64,000 nt of DNA from Dehalococcoidia bacterium (GCA_964291495.2 OZ219871.1:1568001-1632000); one strand, 5' to 3'; positions 25,004-36,716 are shown, counted from the stretch's first letter. The notes: generated from the letters alone by a model not told the origin. Translations and numbers: made by a program.

Positions 25004-26449
25004 ATGGCGAATGAGGCGCTGATCCGCGAGCTGCAGGACGCCCTCGGCGAGGCGCATGTGCTGCACCTGCCCGAGGATCTGATCGGCTACGAATACGACG
25101 CGACGATCGAGCGCGCGCGCCCGGACGCCGTCGTGCTCCCCGACAGCGCCGAGGAGGTCGCGGCGGCGGTCGAGATCGCGAGCCGGCACCGCGTGCCGGT
25201 GGTGCCTCGGGGCTCCGGGACGGGGCTGGCGGGCGGCGCGGTGCCGGTCCTCGGCGGCGTGGCGCTCGTGATGACGCGCATGAACCGCATCCTCGAGCTG
25301 GACCCGGTGAACCGCGTCGCCGTCCTCGAGCCGGGGGTGATCAACCTTGATCTGCAGGACCGCTGCGCCAAGTACGGGCTGCGCTACGCGCCCGACCCCT
25401 CCTCGCAGCGGATCTGCACGATCGGCGGCAACGTCGGGACGAACGCCGGCGGGCCGCACACGCTCGCGCACGGGAGCACCGTCAACCACGTGCTCGGCAT
25501 CGAGGTGGTCCTGCCGGACGGGCGGCTGACCTGGCTCGGCGGGCGGCAACCTGACGTGCCGGGGCCGGACCTGCGCGGCGTCCTCTGTGGCTCCGAGGGC
25601 ACGCTCGGCATTGTCACCAAGGTCTGCGTCGCGCTCGTCAGCCTGCCGCCCGACGTACGCACCATGCTCGCGATCTTCGACAGCGTCGACGACGCCTCGG
25701 AGGCCGTCTCGGCGGTGATCCGCGGCGGCGTGCTGCCGGTGGCGATGGAGATGCTGGACCAGGCGATCATCCGCATCGTCGAGCCGCAGATGCACGTCGG
25801 CTACCCGCTCGACGCCGGCGCGGTGCTGCTGATCGAGGTCGAGGGCGTCCCGGAGTCGGTCGCCGCCGACGTGGAGCGCGTCGAGGAAGCCTGCCGCGGC
25901 GCGGGCGCGCGCGAGATCCGCGTCGCCGAGTCCGAGCAGGAGCGAGCGCGGCTCTGGGAGGGTCGGAAGGGCGGGATCGGCGCGATCGGCGCCAGCTCGC
26001 CGAACTTCTACATCCTCGACGGCGTCGTGCCGCGCACGAAGCTGCCGGAGGTGATGGCGGCGGTGAACGGGCTGGCCGACGAGTACGGCTTCCGCTGCGC
26101 CAACATCTTCCACGCCGGCGACGGCAACCTGCACCCCAACATCATGTTCGACGAGCTCGACGAGGGCGCGACCGAGCGCGTGCTCGACCTCGGCGGGGAG
26201 ATCATGCGCGTTTGCGTCGAGGCCGGCGGCTCGATCACCGGCGAGCACGGCATCGGCTTCGAGAAGCGCTCCTACATGGAGTGGATCTTCGCCCCCCAGG
26301 ACATCGAGGCGATGGAGCACCTGCGCATCGCGTTCGGCACGGGCGACACATTCAACCCCTGCAAGGTGATGCCCTCCGGACACGGCTGCGCCTCCGGGCA
26401 TGCCGCCGAGCTGCGCCAGCACATCGCGACGCCCGGCGTCTACATCTAG
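25004..26449 (+). CDS. glcD: Glycolate oxidase subunit GlcD-like FAD oxidoreductase
   Basis: PRGSGTGLAGG, YAPDPSSQ..CTIGGN, FHAGDGNLHP, GEHGIG; leaderless TAGACT. Confidence 0.88.
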   Translation: MANEALIRELQDALGEAHVLHLPEDLIGYEYDATIERARPDAVVLPDSAEEVAAAVEIASRHRVPVVPRGSGTGLAGGAVPVLGGVALVMTRMNRILELDPVNRVAVLEPGVINLDLQDRCAKYGLRYAPDPSSQRICTIGGNVGTNAGGPHTLAHGSTVNHVLGIEVVLPDGRLTWLGGRQPDVPGPDLRGVLCGSEGTLGIVTKVCVALVSLPPDVRTMLAIFDSVDDASEAVSAVIRGGVLPVAMEMLDQAIIRIVEPQMHVGYPLDAGAVLLIEVEGVPESVAADVERVEEACRGAGAREIRVAESEQERARLWEGRKGGIGAIGASSPNFYILDGVVPRTKLPEVMAAVNGLADEYGFRCANIFHAGDGNLHPNIMFDELDEGATERVLDLGGEIMRVCVEAGGSITGEHGIGFEKRSYMEWIFAPQDIEAMEHLRIAFGTGDTFNPCKVMPSGHGCASGHAAELRQHIATPGVYI

Positions 26450-26459
26450 GCCGCGCGCC

Positions 26460-27682
26460 ATGAGCAACGAGGCAGCGCCGGACCCGGCGGCGTACTCGAT
26501 CGACGGCGTCACGCCCGACCGGGCCTGGCGGCCCGGCTCCGCCGAGGAGGTCGCGGAGCTGCTCGCCTCGGCCGCCGCCGAAGGGCAGGTAGTCTCGCCC
26601 CAGGGCGGCCGCACGGCGCTCTCGCTCGGCCGCCCGCTCGAGCGCTACGACGTGGCATTGGACCTCACCGGCCTCGATCGCACCGTCGCCTACGAGCCGG
26701 ACGACCTGACCGTGACCGTCGGCGCGGGGATGAGCCTGCGCGCGTTGCAGTCGATGCTCGCCGAGTACGGCCAGTACCTCCCGATCGACCCGCCGCCCGA
26801 CGGCAGCGTCTCGATCGGCGGGCTGCTGGCGACGGCGCGGCCGGGCGCCTGGCGCGGGCAACTGCCGGCGGCCCGCGACCTGCTGCTCGGCGCGACGGTC
26901 GCGACGCCCTCGGGCGAGCTCGTGACCACGGGCGGGCGCGTCGTCAAGAACGTCAGCGGCTACGACCTGCACCGCCTGCACACCGGTGCGCTCGGCGTCT
27001 TCGGCGTGATCGTCGAGGCCTCGTTCAAGCTCGCCACGCTGCCCCCCGGCACGCGCTCGCTGGCCGTGCCCCGCGAGACCGTCGAGGACGCCGCCGCGCT
27101 CGCCTTCGAGCTGCGCGAGCTTGCGCTGCCGCTGCGCGCGCTCTCCGTGCTCTCGCCGCAGGCGTCCGCCGTCGCCGGCCTCGACGAGCGCCCGCACGTG
27201 CTGATCGAGGCGATGGGCGACGAGGCGACGCTCGACCGCTGCGCGGCGGCGATCGACGAGGTGGCCGCAGGCGAGGCGATCGAGCCGCTTGCCGGCGCAT
27301 GGGACCGCCTGCGCGCCCTCGCGGGCAGCGATCAGGGCGTCGTGCTGCGCCTCGGCGTGCCGGCGGCTGAGCTTGCCGCGACGATCGACGCGATCGAGGA
27401 CAGCGCGGGCAGTTCCAGGGACGCGCGAGGCCTCATGGCCTGGGGGCACCTCACGGCGGGCAGCGTGATCGCGGCGGGCGCGGCCGTCGAGACGTCGGAC
27501 GTGCTCGCGCTGCGCGCCCGCGCCGAGCAGCGCGGCGGCTTCCTGCAGATCGAGGCTGGCCCACCCGAACTGCGGGCGCAGGTCGACCCCTTCGGCGAGG
27601 CCGAGCGCACGCTCGTGCGTGCGCTGCGGCGTCAGTTCGATCCGGGGCGTACCATCAACCGTGGACGCTGGGAGGCGGAATC

Positions 27683-27686
<4 letters not shown>
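26460..27686 (+). CDS. glcE: Glycolate oxidase FAD-binding subunit GlcE-like
   Basis: YEPDDLTVTVGAG, GGRVVKNVSGYDL, FDPGRTINRGR. Confidence 0.88.
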
Positions 27687-28999
<1,313 letters not shown>

Positions 29000-29029
29000 C
29001 CGCCCTCACGCGCAGCCGCAGCGCCTGTC

Positions 29030-29410
29030 CGGTCCCCTCTCCGCTCGCGGGCTCTCCCCTCCCGTCATTCCGGCGAAAGCCGGAATCCAGTCGGGGCATC
29101 GGCCGATCGGGGCGCAACAACCGATCGATGCGGCAGCTCCGCCGGCGAGCCCCCTCACCCCAACCCTCTCCCCCAGGAGAGGGGGCCGGGTCGGCGCACC
29201 AACCTCCGAGGGCGGATTCGGTTCCCTCTCCCCTCGCGGGAGAGGGCGGAGGGTGAGGGGGAGCGGGCGCAGCCCGCCAGCCCCGCCGGGCACGGGGCCC
29301 CGGGGGCAACGACCCCATCGAGGCGGCAGCTCCGCCGGCGAGCCCCCTCACCCCCACCCTCTCCCCCAGGAGAGGGGGCCGGAGCGGCGCACGAACCTTC
29401 CGAGGACCGG
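29030..29410. repeat. Mosaic repeat cluster (B, D/A, inverted A, D/A)
   Basis: B 29064-29090; D/A 29113-29189 and 29305-29382; inverted A 29224-29260. Confidence 0.85.
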
Positions 29411-29417
29411 ATCGCCC

Positions 29418-29921
29418 TCAGAGCAGCCGCGGCGCCTGCGGCGCGGCCTCGATGAGGGAGCCGTCCTTGAGCAGGTGGCGGATGCGCGCGCCGCGCGCGA
29501 GCAGGGCGGGGGCGACGAGCAGTGTGCGGTGGCAGCGCTCCGGCGCGCCCTCGGAGCACATGATCGCCGTCGGCGTCGCCTCGGCGGCGGCGACCAGGCG
29601 CTCAACGGCCTCGAGGAAGGGTGGGTGCTGCGCCATCAGCCTGTAGTCGGGCTCGCCGTCCGCCGTGCGCAGCGCGGGGTCATCGGGGCGTCCGCCGAGC
29701 GCGGGCTCCCACTCGTAGGCGATGCCCGCCGCCTCCGAGGCGGCCTCGATGGACTTGCGGTTGAACTGAGGGTGCCAGCGGCTGTACGGCGTCGAGCGCA
29801 CGTCGACGAGCCGCCCGACGCCGGCACGCCGCAGGTTGCCGATCAGCACCTCGAGCGCGAGATTGCCGTGCCCGACCGTCAGGATCACCGGCGCAGCGTG
29901 CGGCATCGGCCCGCGGGTCAC
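29418..29921 (-). CDS. DUF488 family protein
   Basis: ILTVGHG, LVDVRSTPYSR..PQFN, LGGRP, IMCSE....CHR; GTGA overlap with the upstream gene. Confidence 0.88.
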   Translation of the reverse strand: MTRGPMPHAAPVILTVGHGNLALEVLIGNLRRAGVGRLVDVRSTPYSRWHPQFNRKSIEAASEAAGIAYEWEPALGGRPDDPALRTADGEPDYRLMAQHPPFLEAVERLVAAAEATPTAIMCSEGAPERCHRTLLVAPALLARGARIRHLLKDGSLIEAAPQAPRLL

Positions 29922-31834
29922 CCCGCCCGGATCTGGCGCACCAGCGCGGCGGCCACCTCGTAGCGGCCGAACGAGGGCATGACGTAGACGCCGGAAACCC
30001 AGTCGAGGGCGCGCGCCTCCTCGATCTGCTCGGTCGCGATCTCCAGGCCAGCGTCGGCGCCGGCCTCGCCTGCCGCGCGCATCCGCTCACGGATCGCGTC
30101 GGGGATGATCACGCCCTCCAGCTCGTTGTGGATGAACTCCGTGTGGCGCGAGGACATGAGCGGCAGGATGCCGAGCAGCACCGGCGCCTCGACGGCGCCG
30201 AGGCGCTCGAAGAAGTCCTCGAGCGTCGCGAGGTCGTAGACGGGCTGCGTCATCAGCAGGTCCGCGCCCGCGTTCAGCTTCGCGCGCACGCGGCCCAGCT
30301 CGACCGGGATGTCGCCGGCCGTCGGGTTCGCCGCGCTGGCGATCAGGAAATCGGTGGGGCGGCCGAGCGAGTTGCCGGCGACGTCCACGCCCTCGTTGAG
30401 CCGCTTGAGGATGCGGATGAACCCGATCGCGTCCACGTCCCAGACCGCCGAGGACTGCGAGGCCTCTGGCGGCGGGTCGCCGGTGAGCGCGATCACGTTG
30501 CGCACGCCCAGCGCGTGCGCGCCCAGCAGGTCGGCCTGCAGCGCCATCAGGTTCCGGTCGCGCGTCGTCTGGTGGATGATCGTCTCGATCCCCGCCTCGC
30601 GCTGGATCTCGACCGCGAGGGCGAGCGCGCTCATCCGCACGCGCGCCATCGGCGAGTCGCCGATGTTGATCGCGTCGGCGCCCGCCTCGCGCAGCAGCCG
30701 CGCGCCCTCGACGGCCTTGCGCGGGTTGATGCCGCGCGGAGGATCGATCTCGACCGAGACGACGTAGGCGCCGGCGGCGAGCTTGTCGCGCAGCCGCGCC
30801 GTCTCGCCGTCCGGCTCGATCTCCGCGGCCTCGCCGTCCGCGCCCTCGGCGGGCTCGTCGGCCGGGGGTAGTCCCGTGTCGAGGCCGCCGCCGCGCGTGT
30901 CGGTCACTGCGAGCGGTACGCCCCCGCCCTCGGAAGCGCCGTCCGCGTCGTCGCCGCTCGCGCCGTCGAGCGCCTCGCGCATCGCGCGGATGTGCGCGGG
31001 CGTGGCGCCGCAGCAGCCGCCGACGACGGCGGCGCTGAGGTCCTTGGCGCGCAGCGCGAAGTTGGCGAAGTAGTCGGGCGACGAGGGGTAGAGCGGCTGC
31101 CCGCCGGTGATGCGCGGCAGGCCGGCGTTGGGCTTGACGAACAGCGGCGCCTCGATGCCCGCGGCCGCCAGTTCCTGCAGGATGTCGAGCGTCGCGCGCG
31201 GGCCGACGCCGCAGTTGACGCCGACCACGTCCGCACCGCCCTCGGCCGCGAGCAGCTCCGCCACCTCGCGCGGCGACTCGCCCGCCGGCGTCGTCAGCGC
31301 CGCGACGAAATCGAGCGCGGCGATCACCGGCAGGTCCGTGACCGCGCGCACCGCGTCGAGGGCGATGCGCACTTCGGCGAGCGAGGGGAAGGTCTCCAGC
31401 ACGATCGCGTCGACGCCGCCCTCGACGAGCGCGCCGACCTGCTCGCGGACGGCCTCGCCGGCCTCCTCCGGTGTGACGCTGCCGACGGCGAGGTCGCGCC
31501 CGAAGGGGCCGATCGAGCCGCCGATAAAGGCGGGCGCGCCGATGATCTCGCGGGCGTCGCGGGCGATCCGGGCGGCCTGGAAGTTCACGTCGCGCACGCG
31601 CTCGCCGTAGCCGCGGCGCGCCAGCTGGATGCGCGTCGCCTCGAAGGTGTCGGTCAGGATCAGGTCGGCGCCGGCGCGCAGGTACTCCTCGTGCAGCGCG
31701 CGCACGCGGTCCGGTTCCTCGAGGACAGCAAGCGCGCCGTGGCCGCGCCAGCCTCGGGCGCGCAGCTCCGTGCCGGTCGCCCCGTCGGCGAGCAGCACGC
31801 GCTCACGAATCGCCTCGATGAAGGGATGGGCCAC
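29918..31834 (-). CDS. yitJ: Bifunctional homocysteine S-methyltransferase/methylenetetrahydrofolate reductase (YitJ-like)
   Basis: DGATGT, GVNC, PNAGLP, GGCCG; C-terminal SVEIDPP, RDRNLMALQADLLGAH, TGDPP, MTQPVYD. Confidence 0.9.
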   Translation of the reverse strand: MAHPFIEAIRERVLLADGATGTELRARGWRGHGALAVLEEPDRVRALHEEYLRAGADLILTDTFEATRIQLARRGYGERVRDVNFQAARIARDAREIIGAPAFIGGSIGPFGRDLAVGSVTPEEAGEAVREQVGALVEGGVDAIVLETFPSLAEVRIALDAVRAVTDLPVIAALDFVAALTTPAGESPREVAELLAAEGGADVVGVNCGVGPRATLDILQELAAAGIEAPLFVKPNAGLPRITGGQPLYPSSPDYFANFALRAKDLSAAVVGGCCGATPAHIRAMREALDGASGDDADGASEGGGVPLAVTDTRGGGLDTGLPPADEPAEGADGEAAEIEPDGETARLRDKLAAGAYVVSVEIDPPRGINPRKAVEGARLLREAGADAINIGDSPMARVRMSALALAVEIQREAGIETIIHQTTRDRNLMALQADLLGAHALGVRNVIALTGDPPPEASQSSAVWDVDAIGFIRILKRLNEGVDVAGNSLGRPTDFLIASAANPTAGDIPVELGRVRAKLNAGADLLMTQPVYDLATLEDFFERLGAVEAPVLLGILPLMSSRHTEFIHNELEGVIIPDAIRERMRAAGEAGADAGLEIATEQIEEARALDWVSGVYVMPSFGRYEVAAALVRQIRAG

Positions 31835-31896
31835 GGGGAAGTCCTGTCCGCGGTCCGCTCGGCCGCCGCGCCCGCCCGAGGTCGCCGGGCGTCGGC

Positions 31897-32352
31897 TCAG
31901 CTGACGGCCGCCCGCTCCTCGAGCAGGCTCTCGATCTGGCGGTAGTCGGCGTCCGAGATCTTGTGCAGGTTGCCGCGGAAGGCCATGCCCAGCTTCTTCG
32001 GGCCGAAGTTGCGGGTCTTGTCCAGCAGTTCAGTGATCTCGCGCACATCCACGTAGTCGCCGGGCTCCGGGATCACCAGCGGCTTCGTCTGCACGCGGTA
32101 GGGGAAGCTCTCGACCTCGCCCTTCGACTCCGAATGCAGCCCGATGTCCGTCTCGTCCTCGAAGGCTTCCGAGGTGATCTCGGCGATCCCGCCGAACTGC
32201 ACGACCTTGGTGAGGTAGAAGACGATGCGGTCGCCCGGCTGCATGTCCGCGCTCTGCTTGCGGCGCGAGGACTTGAAGGCGGCGAGGTCGAAGCCGCGCT
32301 CGCGCAGCAACTCGAAGTTCTCGGCGGAGCCGACGGCGATCCAGGCCTGCAT
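31897..32352 (-). CDS. EVE domain protein
   Basis: WIAVGSAENF, MQPGDRIVFY, FPYRV, ISDADY..I. Confidence 0.8.
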   Translation of the reverse strand: MQAWIAVGSAENFELLRERGFDLAAFKSSRRKQSADMQPGDRIVFYLTKVVQFGGIAEITSEAFEDETDIGLHSESKGEVESFPYRVQTKPLVIPEPGDYVDVREITELLDKTRNFGPKKLGMAFRGNLHKISDADYRQIESLLEERAAVS

Positions 32353-32498
32353 CTGGTTCCTCCTTGGCTGGTCACGCCCTCTGGGGGGCGGCTTGAGGCT
32401 GTGGTGTCAGGATAGCGCGCGGCGGCGTGCATCCGCCCGCGGTGCGTTGCCGCTTGCTCGCTGTGTGTCTCCGAGGGCGGGCAGTCCCGCCGGCGCTC

Positions 32499-32894
32499 CT
32501 AGGTGCAGGCGCGGGGCGTGCCTTGCGGCTGGCCGGACTGGGCCTGGAAGGACGAGCCGCAGGCGCAGGCCGCCGTGGCGTTCGGGTTGTAGATCGTGAA
32601 GCCGGACTTCATGAGGTCCTCGACGTAGTCGACCTCGGCGCCGTGCAGCATCGGGACCGACTCCTCGTCGACGAGGATGCGCACGCCCTCGGCGGCGTGG
32701 ATCTCGGTGTCGTCCGGCTCGACCTCCTTCGCGAGGGCCATGCCGTACTGCCAGCCTGAGCAGCCGCCGCCGACGACGAAGACGCGCAGCGCGGCGTCCG
32801 GCATCTCCTTCTCCACGAGCAGGGCGCGCGCCTTTTCGGCGGCGCGGTCGGTGATCGACACGAGGCTGCTGATCGGTTCGAACGTGGTGGTCAT
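32499..32894 (-). CDS. erpA: HesB/IscA/ErpA Fe-S cluster carrier
   Basis: ITDRAAEK, LRVFVVGGGCSG.QY, NPNATAACACGSSF. Confidence 0.9.
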   Translation of the reverse strand: MTTTFEPISSLVSITDRAAEKARALLVEKEMPDAALRVFVVGGGCSGWQYGMALAKEVEPDDTEIHAAEGVRILVDEESVPMLHGAEVDYVEDLMKSGFTIYNPNATAACACGSSFQAQSGQPQGTPRACT

Positions 32895-32939
32895 CACATC
32901 CCCCGGATCTTCCTGGGCACCATGATAGCACCCTCCGGC

Positions 32940-33212
32940 TTCCCTTCCCTCCGGCCCCCTCTCCTGGGAGCCGGCGCCCCTCCCGTCACTCCGGCGAAAG
33001 CCGGAATCCAGCCGTAGGGCAGCGAGCGCTCGTTGCCCCACGGAGCTCCGGCGTGCCGGCCGCGCTGGCGCGCGGCGCCCCCTCACCCCCGCCCTCTCCC
33101 GCGAGGGGAGAGGGGGTCGGATTGGGACCCTCCCGGCCTCTCCCGCGAGGGGAGAGGGAGTCCGCCTCCGGTCCCCTCTCCCCCGGCGGGAGAGGGTTAG
33201 GGTGAGGGGGAC
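32940..33212. repeat. Mosaic repeat cluster (B variant, several A)
   Basis: B 32985-33011 (GTCACT variant); A 33078-33116, about 33138-33158, inverted A 33173-33210. Confidence 0.85.
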
Positions 33213-33250
33213 TCCGAGGGCGCCGGAGGGTGCGCCTTCGAGCGTCGCTG

Positions 33251-33943
33251 TCAGCCGGCCCGCACGAGAAACGCGCAAACCTCGCCGCCGGAAGCCTCGA
33301 GGCCCGGTTCAGCCTCGACCGGCGCACCGATCAGCGCGGCCAGCAGCTCGCAATCGCGCTTGCAGTCGGCGTGCGCGTCGGCGTCGCCGAACTCGCCGCG
33401 CAGCCGCCTGCTCGGGCAGCCGCGCGCCAGCATCCGCAGGTCGCCTCCGCGCTCCGCCGCCTCGACCTCGACCTCGAAGCCCTCGTCCTCGAGCAGGGCG
33501 GCGACGGCGCGCGCGCGCTCCTCGATGTCGCGTCCGCCGACGCGAGGCGCGTACTCGGCGGCGAGCCGGTTGCTGAGCTTCGCGAAGACGAGGTCGGCGA
33601 TCTCCTCGCCGCCGCGCCCGGCGGTCTCCTCCGCGGTGAGTTCGGAGATCTCGTGCAGCAGGCGGCGGGTGATGCGCACGTAGTGGCGGCCGAACAGCTC
33701 GGCGCCGGCCTCGGTCAGCGAGAAGACGTAGCGGGGGCGCCCGGTGCGCCCTCGGAGCTGGCTGACGGCGACGTAGCCGTCGCGCAGCAGCACGTCGAGG
33801 TGGCGGCGCACGGTCGCCCCGGCGAGCCCGAGTTCCCCCGCGAGATCGTCGACCGAGCGTTCGTCGTGCCGCCGCAGGATGTCGAGGATCGCCTCGCGCG
33901 TGCCGCCGGTGCGGCTGCGCGTGCCGTCAGGGCGCGCAGTCAT
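33251..33943 (-). CDS. SufR-like winged-HTH transcriptional regulator
   Basis: TREAILDIL..LAGELGL...TVRRHL..L, GRPRYVFSLTEAG, C-terminal CP/C/C residues; adjacent to Fe-S genes. Confidence 0.8.
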   Translation of the reverse strand: MTARPDGTRSRTGGTREAILDILRRHDERSVDDLAGELGLAGATVRRHLDVLLRDGYVAVSQLRGRTGRPRYVFSLTEAGAELFGRHYVRITRRLLHEISELTAEETAGRGGEEIADLVFAKLSNRLAAEYAPRVGGRDIEERARAVAALLEDEGFEVEVEAAERGGDLRMLARGCPSRRLRGEFGDADAHADCKRDCELLAALIGAPVEAEPGLEASGGEVCAFLVRAG

Positions 33944-33968
33944 CCATTCGAGGTTAGCAGATCGGGGG

Positions 33969-34238
33969 TTGGGGGAGCGGCCGGAGAAGACCACCTGGTA
34001 CTTCGACAATAGAGTGCTGCCCAAGCGGCCCGAGATTGATCCGGCGTGGTGCCTCGACGTGATCAGTGATCCGCTCCACACGGAAGTTCAGGCGGACGGT
34101 CGTATCCGCTTCTGGGGCGAGGTCTTGCTCCGTGACGAGGACGAACCGCGTATCATGCGAGTGGTGACGCTCGAGGATGGCGAAACGATCCACAACGCGT
34201 TCCTCGACAGGGACTTCCGGAGGGCAGGCACCCCGTGA
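33969..34238 (+). CDS. Putative toxin (DUF4258-like partner of DUF2283); start uncertain or lost
   Basis: KTTWYF..VL.KRP.I..WC..V..P...EVQ.DGRIRFWG...RVVTLEDGETIHNAF.DR; GTGA coupling to DUF2283. Confidence 0.6.
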   Translation: MGERPEKTTWYFDNRVLPKRPEIDPAWCLDVISDPLHTEVQADGRIRFWGEVLLRDEDEPRIMRVVTLEDGETIHNAFLDRDFRRAGTP

Positions 34239-34450
34239 AGGTAAGCCACGACCCCGAGACGGACATGCTGTACATCGAGTTCGAGGACCGTCCCAGCCTC
34301 GAATCGTTCGAGTTGTGCGACGGGATCGTCGTCGACCTCGACGCGGATGAGCACGTCGTCGGCATCGAGGTCGAGTGGGCCTCGCAGAAGCTCGACATCG
34401 AGCGGCTGCGGGCTGTCCTTGAGCCGGAGCCCGCCGCTCGCCCTGCCTGA
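34235..34450 (+). CDS. DUF2283 putative antitoxin
   Basis: MKVSHDPETDMLYIEF...DGIVVDLDAD..VVGIEV. Confidence 0.85.
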   Translation: MKVSHDPETDMLYIEFEDRPSLESFELCDGIVVDLDADEHVVGIEVEWASQKLDIERLRAVLEPEPAARPA

Positions 34451-34468
34451 CCCGCGCCGTCGGCGCGT

Positions 34469-34504
34469 CCCCCTCACCCCAACCCTCTCCCTCCAGGGAG
34501 GGGG
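34469..34504. repeat. Palindromic repeat family A
   Basis: CCCCCTCACCCCAACCCTCTCCCTCCAGGGAGGGGG. Confidence 0.75.
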
Positions 34505-34579
34505 AGCCGGATCCGCCTTCGGATGGCCGGAGGAGCGCGCGGCGGGCCGGGCGCGGCGCGGGCGGGTATTCTGGTAGCG

Positions 34580-35809
34580 ATGACCTCAGCCGCCGCGCGA
34601 CGCGTTTACCTGGACCACGCCGCCACCACGCCGCCCGACCCGGCCGTGGTCGAGGCGATGCGGCCGTGGTTCGAGGAGCGCTGGCACAATCCGTCCTCGA
34701 TTTACGTCGAGGCGCAGCGCGCGCAGCAGGCGCTCGACGAGGCGCGGGCGACCGTCGCGGCCTGGCTCGGCGCGACTCCGGGGGAGATCGTCTTCACCTC
34801 GGGCGGGTCGGAGTCGAACAGCCTCGCTTTGCGCGGGGCGCTGGGCGCGGCGCGCGGGCGCCGTCACCTCGTCACCACCGCCGTCGAGCACCACGCCGTG
34901 CTCGACACCGCCGAGCAGCTCGAGCGCGAGGGCGCCGAACTGACGATCGTCGGCGTCGACGCCGAGGGCCGCGCCGACCCAGCCGAGGTCGAGGCGGCCG
35001 TGCGCGACGACACGGCGCTCGTCTCGGTGATGCACGCCAACAACGAGGTCGGCGTGCTGAACGACATCGCCGAGATCAGCCGCCGCGTCCACGCGCGCAA
35101 CCCGCGCACGCTGGTGCACACCGACGCCGTGCAGTCGGCGGCGCACCTCGGCGTGCACGCCGGACGGCTCGGCGTCGACCTGCTGACGGCGACGGCGCAC
35201 AAGCTCTACGGACCTCGAGGCGCGGGCGTGCTCTACCAGCGCGCCGGTACGCCGGTCACGCCGCAGATCCTCGGCGGCGGCCAGGAGGAGGGGCGGCGCG
35301 CCGGCACCGAGAACACGCCGGCCGTCGTCGGCCTCGCCCGCGCGGCCGCGATCGCGCAGGCCCGCCGCGAGGATGACCTCGCGCACGAGCGCGCGCTGCA
35401 GCAGCGGCTGATCGAGGAGCTGCCGAGGCGCGTGCCGATGCTCGGCGTGACCGGCCCGCGCGACCTCGACGAGCGGCTGCCGGGCAACGTCTCGGTCGTC
35501 GTCGCCTTCGTCGAGGGCGAGTCGATCCTGCTGGCGCTCGACCTCGCGGGCATCGCGGCCTCCTCGGGCTCGGCCTGCACGACGGGGTCGGTGGAGCCGA
35601 GCCACGTGCTGGTGGCGATGGGCCTGCCGCCGGAGCTGGCGCGCGGCTCGCTGCGCTTCACGCTCGGGCGCGACAACACCGACGAGGACGTCGACCGCCT
35701 GCTCGAGGTACTGCCGGGCGCCGTCGAACGGCTGCGCGCGCTCTCGCCGGTGCCGGCGACGGAGCCGCCGCCGGACTGGAGGCCGTGGCTGGACGGCGCG
35801 ACCCGTTGA
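34580..35809 (+). CDS. iscS: Cysteine desulfurase (IscS/NifS group I)
   Basis: YLDHAATT, NPSS, MHANNEVG, HTDAVQ, AHKLYGPRG, SSGSAC. Confidence 0.93.
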   Translation: MTSAAARRVYLDHAATTPPDPAVVEAMRPWFEERWHNPSSIYVEAQRAQQALDEARATVAAWLGATPGEIVFTSGGSESNSLALRGALGAARGRRHLVTTAVEHHAVLDTAEQLEREGAELTIVGVDAEGRADPAEVEAAVRDDTALVSVMHANNEVGVLNDIAEISRRVHARNPRTLVHTDAVQSAAHLGVHAGRLGVDLLTATAHKLYGPRGAGVLYQRAGTPVTPQILGGGQEEGRRAGTENTPAVVGLARAAAIAQARREDDLAHERALQQRLIEELPRRVPMLGVTGPRDLDERLPGNVSVVVAFVEGESILLALDLAGIAASSGSACTTGSVEPSHVLVAMGLPPELARGSLRFTLGRDNTDEDVDRLLEVLPGAVERLRALSPVPATEPPPDWRPWLDGATR

Positions 35810-35902
35810 GGGATCTCGGGCGCGTCCGGGCCTGCGCGGCGCTGTCGTTTGCCGCCTCACCGCCCCTCCGCTACGATCGCCGCGCGAAGGCGGGAGTTCC
35901 CC

Positions 35903-36598
35903 GTGGTGACTACGGACGGCGATACCCGGCAGCGCCTCGCGCTCTTCGACCAGGCGCGCGACATGGCCCCGCTCGACCTCGAGGAAGAGGTGCGCAAGAA
36001 CGTGCTCCTGTCCTCGGTGGACGGGATGCTGAACTGGGCGCGCTCGTCCTCGCTGTGGCCGGCGATGTTCGGGCTGGCCTGCTGCGCGATCGAGATGATC
36101 GCGACGGCGACCTCGCGCTACGACATCGCACGCTTCGGGTCCGAGGTGTTCCGCGCATCGCCGCGGCAGGCGGACCTGATGATCGTGGCCGGCACGGTGA
36201 CCTGGAAGATGGCGCCGGCGGTGCGGCGGGTCTACCTGCAGATGGCCGAGCCGAAGTGGGTCATCTCGATGGGCGGTTGCGCGATCATGGGCGGGCCGTT
36301 CGCCTACGGCTACTCGGTGCTGCCGGGCGTGAACCTCGTCTGCCCGGTCGACGTCTACGTGCCGGGCTGCCCGCCGCGGCCGGAGTCGCTGCTGCAGGGC
36401 CTGATGATGCTGCAGGACAAGATCAACGCCTTCGGCATCGAGGGCCGCCGCGACCGCCTCCAGCCGGACGGCGACTTCTCCCCCTACCTGCCCGAGGGCG
36501 ACCCGATCCGGCGCGAGCTGGAGTCGCTGTTCCCGCCCTACGAGGGCCTCGAGGACCCGGAGCGCCGCTCGGGCGGGGTGCCGCTGCTGCAGCGCTAA
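35903..36598 (+). CDS. nuoB: NADH-quinone oxidoreductase subunit B (stand-alone)
   Basis: [49 protein letters not shown]. Confidence 0.92.
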   Translation: MVTTDGDTRQRLALFDQARDMAPLDLEEEVRKNVLLSSVDGMLNWARSSSLWPAMFGLACCAIEMIATATSRYDIARFGSEVFRASPRQADLMIVAGTVTWKMAPAVRRVYLQMAEPKWVISMGGCAIMGGPFAYGYSVLPGVNLVCPVDVYVPGCPPRPESLLQGLMMLQDKINAFGIEGRRDRLQPDGDFSPYLPEGDPIRRELESLFPPYEGLEDPERRSGGVPLLQR

Positions 36599-36689
36599 CG
36601 CGCGCCCGTTCCACGCTCGGACAGACGGCGCCTCGCGACACCGCGCGCCCGTGGCACTTGCGCAGTGGGGCGGGATTGGGTACAAACGA

Positions 36690-36716
36690 TTAGCACTCGA
36701 CAGGTGAGAGTGCTAA
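36690..36716. promoter_or_regulatory. CIRCE element (HrcA operator)
   Basis: Perfect TTAGCACTC-N9-GAGTGCTAA upstream of groEL. Confidence 0.97.

Noticed and set aside
31835-31896. SAM/S-box riboswitch ahead of the yitJ-like gene
   Set aside because: The spacer is only about 60 nt and lacks the ATC..GAG/GAT core.
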